A stretch of 48,612 bases of DNA from Candidatus Omnitrophota bacterium (GTDB lineage Bacteria; Omnitrophota; Gorgyraeia; Gygaellales; Profunditerraquicolaceae), in the NCBI GenBank assembly GCA_043823435.1, contig JBDRAV010000015.1, positions 1-48,612 on the forward strand, read 5' to 3'. Position 1 is the first letter of the stretch. Each line of letters starts with the position of its first letter. Below, piece after piece: positions 39,945 to 48,361 of this stretch. Under the pieces are notes generated by a model. That model saw nothing but the letters and a program-made list of their open reading frames with translations, made no database searches and had not been told where the DNA came from. Position numbers and translations under genes: made by a program.

Positions 39945-40157
39945 GAGCACACAACTTACGAACCACCTGTCTGCTCCTGTCATCAGATAAACAGGTGGGT
40001 GTGAGTAAGTTATAAGTGCGAATTAATACCTGCACCTATTGGTGCAGGTATAAGTTCAGCCATGCAATTTATGTTCACTTCCCGCTAATCATGTAATAAC
40101 GGCGGGGTCCCGGCCGATAACCTAAGTTAGGGTAGCGGGGTTCCATAAATTGCGGCT
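39945..40157. repeat. Cluster of three stacked palindromic elements
   Basis: E2 at 39945-40024 (ACAACTTAC...CCACCTGT/ACAGGTGG...GTAAGTTAT); hairpin ATACCTGCACC-TATT-GGTGCAGGTAT at 40026-51; E3 at 40058-40157 (GCAATTTATG...CATAAATTGC) with a nested CCCGCTA element. Confidence 0.75.
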
Positions 40158-40161
40158 TCAC

Positions 40162-40863
40162 TTATTTATTAAAACGGAAATTTACCAGATCGGCGTCCTG
40201 TATCACGTAATCTTTCTGCTCCAGGCGCAACTTTCCCTGTTGCTTGGCCTGGCTTTCCCCACCTGCCTGGATGAAATCGGAAAAAGCAATGATCTCCGCG
40301 CGGATAAAACCCCGCTGGATATCGGAATGTATGACGCCTGCCGCCTCCCAGGCAGTTGTGCCCTTCCTGATCAGCCATGCGCGAGTCTCCTTTTCTCCGG
40401 CAGTAAAAAAACTGATAAAACCGCTCTCTTTAAATGCCCTGGATAATAAACTATCCTGTTCTCCTGATTCCTCTTTCTTCGCGACTATAACGGGCTTATT
40501 AGTTAGAAGCCCGTATCCGGAGATCATCTTTTTTTCTTCCTCGCTTAAATCTAAATTAAAAATAAATTCCTCTTTCTCCAGGGCTGCTTTCAGTTTACCC
40601 AATAGTATCTTTTCGTTTTCCTGCTCACTACGATTGATGCGCGTTTCAACAAATTCCAGGTCTTTCAATATTAAGTCCATCCGTGATTCACTCAATACCA
40701 ATATCGCATCTGCATCCTGCGCGGCGTCTTCACTTGTCAGCTCAAGCTGAAGATAGGTCTTTTTCTTAGCCTTTACTAATTTATCTACTTCATCAAGGCG
40801 GGTATCTTTTATATTATGTTTTCCAGAAGGGATATCAGGGATAGAGAATATTGCGATCTTCAC
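40162..40863 (-). CDS. YchF-like protein retaining the TGS/DUF933 domain but lacking G1/G3 motifs
   Basis: SFFTAGEKETRAW...AAGVIHSDIQRGFIRAE...RLEQKDYVIQDAD..FRFN; only 233 aa; no GxxxxGKS. Confidence 0.8.
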   Translation of the reverse strand: MKIAIFSIPDIPSGKHNIKDTRLDEVDKLVKAKKKTYLQLELTSEDAAQDADAILVLSESRMDLILKDLEFVETRINRSEQENEKILLGKLKAALEKEEFIFNLDLSEEEKKMISGYGLLTNKPVIVAKKEESGEQDSLLSRAFKESGFISFFTAGEKETRAWLIRKGTTAWEAAGVIHSDIQRGFIRAEIIAFSDFIQAGGESQAKQQGKLRLEQKDYVIQDADLVNFRFNK

Positions 40864-40876
40864 TTTTATCTAATTA

Positions 40877-42832
40877 TTATTCTTCTTCGTGTTTTTTCGT
40901 GGCCTGGTATTGATTAATAATATTCGCGGCGATCTTATGGGGGGCCTCTTCATAATGTGAAAACCGCATGGTATAGGCCCCTCGTCCTCCGGTGATGGAA
41001 CGCAAATCATTGGCATAAGTAAACATCTCGGCCAAAGGAACCCGGGCCTTTAAAACCTGGCTTTTTCCTTTGACCTCCATACCCATTATGCGTCCGCGCC
41101 TGGAGTTGATATCTCCCGTTATGCCGCCCAAGGATTCCTCGGGGATAACGATCTCCACATCCATAACCGGCTCTATGAGCGCAGGTCCTGCGCTCATAAT
41201 CGCCTTCCTTAAAGCCATGGATCCGGCGATCTGAAAGGCCATGTCTGATGAGTCAACTTCATGATAAGAGCCATCTACTAGCCGTACAAGTATATCTACT
41301 ATAGGATACCCTGCCACCGCACCCTCCAGACATGCCTGCCTTATGCCTTTCTCCACCGAAGGTATAAAGTTCCTCGGGATGGCTCCGCCAAAGATCTTAT
41401 CGATGAACTCAAAGCCCTTGCCTCTCTCTAAGGGCTCTACCTCAATCCAGCAGTCGCCGTATTGTCCGCGGCCTCCGGACTGACGCTTAAACTTGCCCTG
41501 GACCTTAACGCTCTTGCTGATAGTCTCTTTATAAGAAACTTTAGGAGTCCCTAATTCTACCTCTACATTAAATCTTTTTCTCATGCGCCCCACCATAACA
41601 GCCAGATGCAAATCCCCTAATCCGGATACAATCAATTCCTTGGTCTGCGGATCATGGGTAACTTTAAATGTGGGGTCCTCGGAAGCAAGTTTACTGAGCG
41701 CTCCGGAGATCTTCTCTTCATCCTGCCGGGATTTCGGCTTTACCGATGCGGATATGGCCGGTTCAGGGAAAATAATAGGGTCAAAGAGAATTTGATTCTT
41801 CTCATCGCAGAGGGAATCCGACGTAAAGGTCTCTTTCAGTTTGGCAATAGCTATTATATCCCCGCAGGAAGCAGCCTCCACCGCCCTCTGTTCTTTACCC
41901 TGTAGAATATATATCTGCCCTATCCTCTCTTTTGTTTTTCTGTTTACATTATAAAAGCCCGTATTCGAAGAAAGCGTACCCGAGAAAACGCGCAGGCACG
42001 TTAACTGGCCGACATAAGGATCGGATATGCTCTTGAATACAAATGCCCCGAACGGGGCATCTTCCTTTAATATGACCTCTTTTACATTCTCTGCGTTCAA
42101 AGGATCGTGGGCATCGATTTTCGGCCTCTCTGCAGGCGATGGCAGACAGGCAATAACCGCATTTAATAACTCTTCTACGCCTTTGTCATTCAACGCCGAG
42201 CCAGAAACCACTGGAAAGATCCCGCGCTTGCTTACTGCCTGGCGTAAACCCTGGCTTAATTCTTCGTTGGAAAGCTTTTCTCCCTCCAGATACTTCTCAA
42301 TTAAACTGTCATCGTTCTCCGCGATAACCTCAACTAAATCAGGGTCATCCAAAGAAGTTATGGCTAATGCCCTATCAGAAAACCGCTCTTTTATATCGGA
42401 GAGCACATTGACGGCATCCGCGCCCTCCTTATCCAGTTTATTTATAAATACAATGCATGGTAAACCAGCTTCCTCTAAAAGCGCCCAGGCCCTTTCAGTA
42501 CCTACTTCCACGCCACCGCTGGCATCTACCACTATTACCGCGGCATCTACTGCGCGTAACCCGGAAATCACCTCTCCCAGAAAATCCGCATATCCGGGGG
42601 CATCGATAATCTGGATCCTTGAACCCTTATAATCGCAAAAAATTATGCCGGAATTAATGGAACTTTTTCTTTCTATCTCGTCAAATCCATAGTCGCTTAT
42701 TGTAGTTCCGTCGGAAACAGCGCCTTTCCTTGTGGTGGTTTTAGCGAAATAAAGCAGGCTTTCCGACAGCGTGGTTTTTCCTGACTGGGCATGGCCTAAG
42801 AGGATAAGGTTTCTTTTATTATGCACATCCAT
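40877..42832 (-). CDS. Elongation factor G-like protein (EF-G2 type)
   Basis: GHAQSGKT, DAPGY, NKLD, GLGDLHL, RQSGGRGQYG and YHEVDSS motifs. Confidence 0.9.
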   Translation of the reverse strand: MDVHNKRNLILLGHAQSGKTTLSESLLYFAKTTTRKGAVSDGTTISDYGFDEIERKSSINSGIIFCDYKGSRIQIIDAPGYADFLGEVISGLRAVDAAVIVVDASGGVEVGTERAWALLEEAGLPCIVFINKLDKEGADAVNVLSDIKERFSDRALAITSLDDPDLVEVIAENDDSLIEKYLEGEKLSNEELSQGLRQAVSKRGIFPVVSGSALNDKGVEELLNAVIACLPSPAERPKIDAHDPLNAENVKEVILKEDAPFGAFVFKSISDPYVGQLTCLRVFSGTLSSNTGFYNVNRKTKERIGQIYILQGKEQRAVEAASCGDIIAIAKLKETFTSDSLCDEKNQILFDPIIFPEPAISASVKPKSRQDEEKISGALSKLASEDPTFKVTHDPQTKELIVSGLGDLHLAVMVGRMRKRFNVEVELGTPKVSYKETISKSVKVQGKFKRQSGGRGQYGDCWIEVEPLERGKGFEFIDKIFGGAIPRNFIPSVEKGIRQACLEGAVAGYPIVDILVRLVDGSYHEVDSSDMAFQIAGSMALRKAIMSAGPALIEPVMDVEIVIPEESLGGITGDINSRRGRIMGMEVKGKSQVLKARVPLAEMFTYANDLRSITGGRGAYTMRFSHYEEAPHKIAANIINQYQATKKHEEE

Positions 42833-42875
42833 AATAAATTCTCCTTTTGCTCTAAGATTAAGATAAGGAATCTCT

Positions 42876-42904
42876 ATTATATAATACTACGGATATGGGG
42901 TCAA
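42876..42904 (-). promoter_or_regulatory. Promoter of the EF-G-like gene
   Basis: TTGACC-17 nt-TATAAT. Confidence 0.6.
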
Positions 42905-42920
42905 GGACAAAAAGGACGGA

Positions 42921-44108
42921 TTACTCCAAGTACGTGTAGATCTTTCCTTTATAGTTACGCAGGACGTACTTTCCTTTTGCCTGGGAGAGCACGTAGTTCG
43001 GGCCAACCGGTATCTTCCCGCCTCCGCCCGGGCCGTCTATAACGTAAACAGGCACGGCGTATCCTGAAGTGTGGCCCCTTAATTTCTCTATTATATTTAT
43101 GCCTGTGGCTACGGGCGTGCGGAAATGCTGTGTCCCCTTTACAGGGTCGCACTGATAGATATAATACGGCCTTACCCTTATCTGCAGCAGTTCATGCATC
43201 AGGCGTTTCATGATATACGGACGGTCATTTATCCCTTTTAAGAGCACGCTCTGGCTTCCCAAGGGTATACCGCTGTCGGAGAGCATATCGCAGGCGATCT
43301 TACAGCGCTTAGTAATCTCTTTGGGGTGGTTAAAATGGATACTGATCCATATAGGCGAATATTTTTTAAGCATATTCACCAGGTTATCGGTAATGCGCTG
43401 CGGGAGGGTTACGGGGACACGGGTACCTATTCTCAAGAATTCCACGTGCGAGATAGAGCGCAACTTCTGGATTAAATCCTCAATTTCTTCATCCTCCATT
43501 ATAAAAGGATCGCCGCCTGATATAAGAACATCCCTGACCTTCCTGTTTGATTTTATATATTCAATTGCCGCATCGAACCTGCCGGAAGAACTATCTTCAA
43601 TATGTTCTCCGACTAGCCTTCGCCTTGTACAGTGACGGCAGTACATCGCGCAGGACTCGGTAGCCAATAATAACACCCTGTCGGGATAACGGTGTACCAT
43701 ATGCGGAGCCGGGGAATCCCTGTCTTCGGCGCAAGGGTCAACCATCTCATGGGGCCCAACGGAGAATTCAGAGGACAATGGGACAGCCTGGCGCCTAATA
43801 GGACAATTAGGATCTTCGGGGTCGATTAAAGCCGCCCAGTAAGGGGTTATTGCCATAGATAATCTTCCGCTTGCCTTTTTTATTCCTGCTTCTTCATCGG
43901 GAGTGAGTTTGATTACCTGCGTAAGCTCTTCTTTACCGCGGATCCTGCGTTTTAATTGCCAATGCCAATCCTCCCAGTCCAGAGGATTTACGTCTTTATA
44001 TAAAGCTATCTGCTGGTAATCCTGAGACTTCCTTGATGTAGTACGGGTTTGGGCCGGGGCCTCTTGCGCTATCTTATGACTCTCTACTACTGTGGCGTTA
44101 TTAATCAT
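42921..44108 (-). CDS. kamA: KamA-family radical SAM lysine 2,3-aminomutase
   Basis: HRYPDRVL, CAMYCRHC, ISGGDP, YQCD and PLP-lysine motif GGGGKIP. Start MINNAT after a GGAG SD. Confidence 0.85.
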   Translation of the reverse strand: MINNATVVESHKIAQEAPAQTRTTSRKSQDYQQIALYKDVNPLDWEDWHWQLKRRIRGKEELTQVIKLTPDEEAGIKKASGRLSMAITPYWAALIDPEDPNCPIRRQAVPLSSEFSVGPHEMVDPCAEDRDSPAPHMVHRYPDRVLLLATESCAMYCRHCTRRRLVGEHIEDSSSGRFDAAIEYIKSNRKVRDVLISGGDPFIMEDEEIEDLIQKLRSISHVEFLRIGTRVPVTLPQRITDNLVNMLKKYSPIWISIHFNHPKEITKRCKIACDMLSDSGIPLGSQSVLLKGINDRPYIMKRLMHELLQIRVRPYYIYQCDPVKGTQHFRTPVATGINIIEKLRGHTSGYAVPVYVIDGPGGGGKIPVGPNYVLSQAKGKYVLRNYKGKIYTYLE

Positions 44109-44109
44109 T

Positions 44110-45108
44110 TTAGTTTCTCCCTCTTTCAAAGGCATTCATTAATATCGCCTCTATTATATCTTCATATTTCATTCCTGCGGCATAAGCCATAATAGGAAAA
44201 TTCGATTCCGTAGGGTTAAGCCCGGGGAGAGGATTTATTTCCAATACGTAAGGGATATTATCTCTGCTGAGCCGTATGTCTGTGCGCGACATATCAAAAC
44301 ACCCCACTGCCTGGTGGGTCTTTAAGGCCACGCCCTTGACCCGCTCTTCCGTTTCTTTATCCAAACGCGCCGGGCAATGGAATGTCGGCACGAGGCCATA
44401 CTCGGTGTTCCCCTGATATTCTTTCATTCGCCAGGAATAAAAATACTCTCCGCTCTTCTGGCAATCCGAAAAGTCTATCTCTAAAATAGGCAATATCACT
44501 GCTTTCCCGTTTTCTAAGATGCCTACGGTAAGCTCTTTACCTTTTATAAATTCCTCCACAAGGACCTCCTGTTTATACAGCCCCTGTATCTCTTTGATTT
44601 TTCTGATAAGGCCATCTCTCGCATTGACCACGTTGGATGCGTTTATACCCTTGGCCGATCCTTCGCGGTTAGGTTTTACGATAAGCGGGAATTTTAAATC
44701 AGCTTCTAACTCTTCGCTACCCCGGGTAAAAACCTGAAAACGGGGGGTAGGTATATCTTCTGCTTTTAATATCTTCTTGGTGAGCGCCTTATTCAGGGCC
44801 AGGGCCAAAGAGAATGTGTTTGAGCCTGTATAGGGGATATCCAGATAATCCAGTATGGCGGGTATCTCTGACTCGCGGAATTTTCCGCATTTTCCTTCCG
44901 CGATATTAAAGACTATATCCACGCGGTTTTTCTTAAAATAATAAAAAAGGTTCTGCTGTTCGACATCCACGAGAGAGACGTCATGTCCCATGTTTTTAAG
45001 GGCGCAGGATATCGCGTTAATGGTCTCTTCGGAGTCAAACTCCGAAAAATAGTCCAGGGGTTTAGTCTCGTCTTTCTTCTTTAAATTATAAGTTAAGGCG
45101 ATCTTCAT
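44110..45108 (-). CDS. D-Ala-D-Ala ligase-like ATP-grasp enzyme B
   Basis: FNIAEG, PYTGS, VKPNREGSAKG, RTDIR and LEINPLPG motifs; lacks the N-terminal GGxSxE of true Ddl. Confidence 0.85.
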   Translation of the reverse strand: MKIALTYNLKKKDETKPLDYFSEFDSEETINAISCALKNMGHDVSLVDVEQQNLFYYFKKNRVDIVFNIAEGKCGKFRESEIPAILDYLDIPYTGSNTFSLALALNKALTKKILKAEDIPTPRFQVFTRGSEELEADLKFPLIVKPNREGSAKGINASNVVNARDGLIRKIKEIQGLYKQEVLVEEFIKGKELTVGILENGKAVILPILEIDFSDCQKSGEYFYSWRMKEYQGNTEYGLVPTFHCPARLDKETEERVKGVALKTHQAVGCFDMSRTDIRLSRDNIPYVLEINPLPGLNPTESNFPIMAYAAGMKYEDIIEAILMNAFERGRN

Positions 45109-46098
45109 CTAATTCAGATTGTGCCTCTTGAGCGCGCTCTCAAGGATCCTGCCTATCATCTTAGCGTAAGAGATCCCGATTTCTTTAGCCACGACCATGA
45201 ATACGTCTCCCGTCGATAAAGAAGGAAGCGGGTTTATCTCCAGCACAAAAGGGTTGCCTCCCCTATCCACCCTGAAATCCACCCTCCCGAAATCCCGGCA
45301 CTCTACGGCATTGTAAGTCTTCAAAGCGAGATCCGATATTTTCTTCGCAAGATCTTTATTGATGCGCTGAGGACAGATATATTCTAATCTATCGGAGCGT
45401 ATGCGCGCAAAGGTATAAAATTTATCGTTTAGTTTAAGCCTTCCGTCTATTTTTATCTGTACGATAGGCATCGCTTCCGGAGGATCATTGCCGACTACTG
45501 CAACGGTAAATTCCTGCCCGGAGATGAATTCCTCGATCAAGGCGGGCTGCTTGTATGTATTTATTATATATTCTACCTGGGTCTTCAAGTCATCCTTGTT
45601 TTCTACGCGGGAGTTCTCGGTCAGGCCTTTAGATGAGCCTTCAAAGCGCGGCTTTACAATAAGAGGAAACTTAAAATGATTGGTATTTAAAAGGCTGTCT
45701 GAAGTCTTTAATTCAAAGAATTTCGGGGTAGGGATCCCTTCGGCGATAAAGACCTTCTTGGCCATGATCTTATCCAAGGTAAGGCTCAATGTCATGGCAT
45801 CTGCTCCCACAAAGGGAATACCCGCCATCTCAAGCAATATCGGCACCTGAGATTCCCTGTTTCTACCTTCAAGGCCTTCAGAGATATTGAATACAATATC
45901 TACGCCTAATTTATCTATCTTTTCCAAGAGGTTTAATACGTTGCCGATCTTTTTTACCTTGAAACCGCAGGTTTCGATGGCAGAAGCTATGACGCCTATG
46001 GTCGAGGGATGGTCAAACTCGGCATTGGCATCAGGCGGATCATCCTTCTTGAATTCATAATCTGTCTTTAAATCGTAAGTCAGGCCGACCGTTCTCAT
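45109..46098 (-). CDS. D-Ala-D-Ala ligase-like ATP-grasp enzyme A
   Basis: FNISEG, VKPRFEGSSKG, RVDFR and LEINPLPS motifs. Confidence 0.85.
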   Translation of the reverse strand: MRTVGLTYDLKTDYEFKKDDPPDANAEFDHPSTIGVIASAIETCGFKVKKIGNVLNLLEKIDKLGVDIVFNISEGLEGRNRESQVPILLEMAGIPFVGADAMTLSLTLDKIMAKKVFIAEGIPTPKFFELKTSDSLLNTNHFKFPLIVKPRFEGSSKGLTENSRVENKDDLKTQVEYIINTYKQPALIEEFISGQEFTVAVVGNDPPEAMPIVQIKIDGRLKLNDKFYTFARIRSDRLEYICPQRINKDLAKKISDLALKTYNAVECRDFGRVDFRVDRGGNPFVLEINPLPSLSTGDVFMVVAKEIGISYAKMIGRILESALKRHNLN

Positions 46099-46106
46099 AT
46101 GAATAT

Positions 46107-46137
46107 AAAAAAGGGCTCTTGTATTTGAAGAGCCCTT
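46107..46137 (-). terminator. Terminator-like hairpin immediately upstream of the ATP-grasp operon start
   Basis: AAGGGCTCTT-7 nt-AAGAGCCCTT followed by a T-run on the minus strand. Confidence 0.6.
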
Positions 46138-46214
46138 AAGTTTTCACCTGATTTTCTCAATTTAATGTATTTAACCCCCTTAAAAACTTTCTTCTATATG
46201 TTCTCCTATCTTAT

Positions 46215-46243
46215 TTTTTATCACAACATCTTGTCTTTGTCAA
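46215..46243 (-). promoter_or_regulatory. Promoter of the ATP-grasp/kamA operon
   Basis: TTGACA-17 nt-TAAAAA with extended TGn. Confidence 0.5.
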
Positions 46244-46413
46244 GTATTTTTTGTTTTCGGTAGAACCAGTTATATTTTTATCATCCGACGGAGAAATGGA
46301 AGATTTAACTATACGGGCGTGGTAAAAGAGCACGAAAGATTAATTGGTCTGCGCCGTGACTTGCTGCGGCTAAATAATTATTTTATCCGGAGTAATTTTG
46401 CGCAGGGTAAACT

Positions 46414-46690
46414 CTATTTGCCCAAGAGCGCCTCCAGTATTGCGCTGGCAATATTCACGGCAAGCAATCGTTTGCCTTTATCCGTGCAGTCCCCGCCGAA
46501 CATATCCTTAAAATAGGCTTTGTACCTTTTTTTTCTTCGCCTTCTCTCTGAAAATTTTATCGTTACCAGCAAAGATAACTCAGGAAGCATCTTTTTTAAA
46601 TATTATGTTCAAAAGAATAATGCTTCGCATGAGTACTATACTCATACGGATTTTACCTTGCGTCCATCTAAATTCTCTTTAAGTTTAATC
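46414..46690 (-). pseudogene. Decayed C-terminal remnant of a third SGNH-TPR paralog
   Basis: LKENLDGRKVKSV*V*Y...MRSII...VIFAGNDKIF...YFKDMFGGD-CTDKGKRLLAVNIASAILEALLGK*; contains stops, a frameshift and a deletion of FGH. Confidence 0.75.
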
Positions 46691-46792
46691 ACAGGCATCT
46701 CCTGGCACTGGTTTCTTTAGGCATTGTTTTAACCCTCTTGCGCAACAAATACTATTTTATTTGACTGGGTTGAAGTTTTAGATTAAAATTAT

Positions 46793-47914
46793 ATGATAAT
46801 GCTTACGATTCTTTTAATCCTGATCTTCATCCGGCCCTTTATTTCATCCCTGGCCTTCCCTTGCCTTAATTCCATCTATTCTGCCCTGCTCCTATCTTTT
46901 TTAATTATCTGGCTTGCATTTAAGAAAACCCCCTTAAACAAATTCAAAAACCTAAGTTATCCTCTGATTTTATTCTTGTTATCCGTAATTATCTCGGTGA
47001 TTTTTTCAAACGATAGACTTAGCAGCCTCAAAGAGCTCTATAAGTATATAAGTGCATTATCATTATTTCTTATTGCTGCAGCTTTAAGCTGGAATGACAA
47101 AACGCGCGTTATCCGCACCCTCGTTCTGGCCGGGTTCGTTATCAGCCTGTTAGCCATTTATCAAAGCCTCTTCGGCTTCCGACACATTTTAGACTATATT
47201 GCTCAACAAAGAATATCCGACCCTTTTGTTTTGGATTATATCGCTCGAAGGCGGGCGTTCCTGCCTTTTGTCACACCTAATATATTGGCGGGTTATCTGA
47301 TTATGGTAATCCCGCTTACAACGGTTTATAAGAAAGGCCTCTGGCTGGCAGTTCCTTTGTCCATAGCCCTTTTGCTCACCAGGTCAATCGGAGCGCTGCT
47401 GAGCCTCTCTCTGGCTTTAGGCGTGTATTTTTTCCTGCTGACCAGATTCAAAAAAAGAAATGCCGTACTCCTCTTGGTGATATCAGTAATTATCGCTTTG
47501 GTATTTATAACAAGGTCTTACTACGCAAAGGAGCATTTGCGACCCGTTTTCTCAGCGCTGATGAGGCTAAACTATTGGAAAGATACTCTGAATATAATTG
47601 CAAGACACCCTTTGGCGGGGATTGGAATAGGCAACTTTACCCTTGTAAATTCCCGTTACGCCCATAACTCCTACCTGCAGATCTGGGCGGAGATGGGGAT
47701 CCTTGGGGCGTTATCCTTCATCTGGCTGTTCATCGCCGTGTTTAAAGCCGCGGTCAGAAACAATAAAGATTGGCCCGCGGCAGGACCGATGGCCGGACTC
47801 TTCATAGCAAACGCCGCGTTTCTTCTCCATAACCTGCTTGACTTTAGCTTTTACCTCCCGGAGGTCAGCTTTATCTGGTGGATCATCCTCGGGTTATTGG
47901 CAAGCTCTGTTTAA
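46793..47914 (+). CDS. O-antigen ligase (Wzy_C)-like membrane protein
   Basis: PNILAGYL, LLTRS, RLNYW, GIGIGNF and AHNSYLQIWAEMGILG motifs. Confidence 0.87.
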   Translation: MIMLTILLILIFIRPFISSLAFPCLNSIYSALLLSFLIIWLAFKKTPLNKFKNLSYPLILFLLSVIISVIFSNDRLSSLKELYKYISALSLFLIAAALSWNDKTRVIRTLVLAGFVISLLAIYQSLFGFRHILDYIAQQRISDPFVLDYIARRRAFLPFVTPNILAGYLIMVIPLTTVYKKGLWLAVPLSIALLLTRSIGALLSLSLALGVYFFLLTRFKKRNAVLLLVISVIIALVFITRSYYAKEHLRPVFSALMRLNYWKDTLNIIARHPLAGIGIGNFTLVNSRYAHNSYLQIWAEMGILGALSFIWLFIAVFKAAVRNNKDWPAAGPMAGLFIANAAFLLHNLLDFSFYLPEVSFIWWIILGLLASSV

Positions 47915-47942
47915 AAAGAGAAAATTTATCGTACAATCACAG

Positions 47943-48075
47943 GTATCTTATGTCATATTCGGCGGCTTTGCTGCTCTGGCTTCAGCTTTTGTATGGGCAT
48001 TTGGCTCTATTTTATTCCGGAGGTTGGGAGATGAAATTCCCCCCTTGGCATGAACCTGGAAAAAGATATAATAAG
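47943..48075 (+). pseudogene. DMT/EamA transporter N-terminal remnant
   Basis: GGFAALASAFVWAFGSILFRRLGDEI then a frameshift in a C-run to PLGMNLEK; no continuation. Confidence 0.55.
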
Positions 48076-48260
48076 GAATATGCTCAAAAACGCTACACAA
48101 TGTCTTCTCGGAATTATAGATAGAGATAATGACTGCTACTTTGGACTAGACTAAAATGCTGAAAAAGGCTTGAAGCAAGAGAAGAAGCTTTGGCAGGCGC
48201 TCTTTAAAAACTTAAAAATACGACATTTCTATTTTGGCTTGACAGTACCTAAAAATGTAT

Positions 48261-48289
48261 TTGACATTTTATTCATTATTAACTAAAAT
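48261..48289 (+). promoter_or_regulatory. Sigma70-type promoter
   Basis: TTGACA-17 nt-TAAAAT. Confidence 0.6.
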
Positions 48290-48361
48290 TACAGTATGCT
48301 TTTTTAAGTCTTGTGATCTATGTTAGTAAGATCGAAACCCCCCCCTTAACAAAAACAGATA

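Noticed and set aside
39930-40160. ZTP (pfl) or purine riboswitch upstream of purH
   Set aside because: The conserved ZTP segments (GACUGGCG...GCCUGGGC) and the purine aptamer core were not found by eye. The hairpins match dispersed repeats instead. An Infernal search would be decisive.
40877-46098. A single operon in which KamA and the ATP-grasp ligases beta-lysylate the EF-G-like protein
   Set aside because: Attractive by analogy with EpmAB/EF-P, but the EF-G-like gene has its own near-consensus promoter, and adjacency is the only support.
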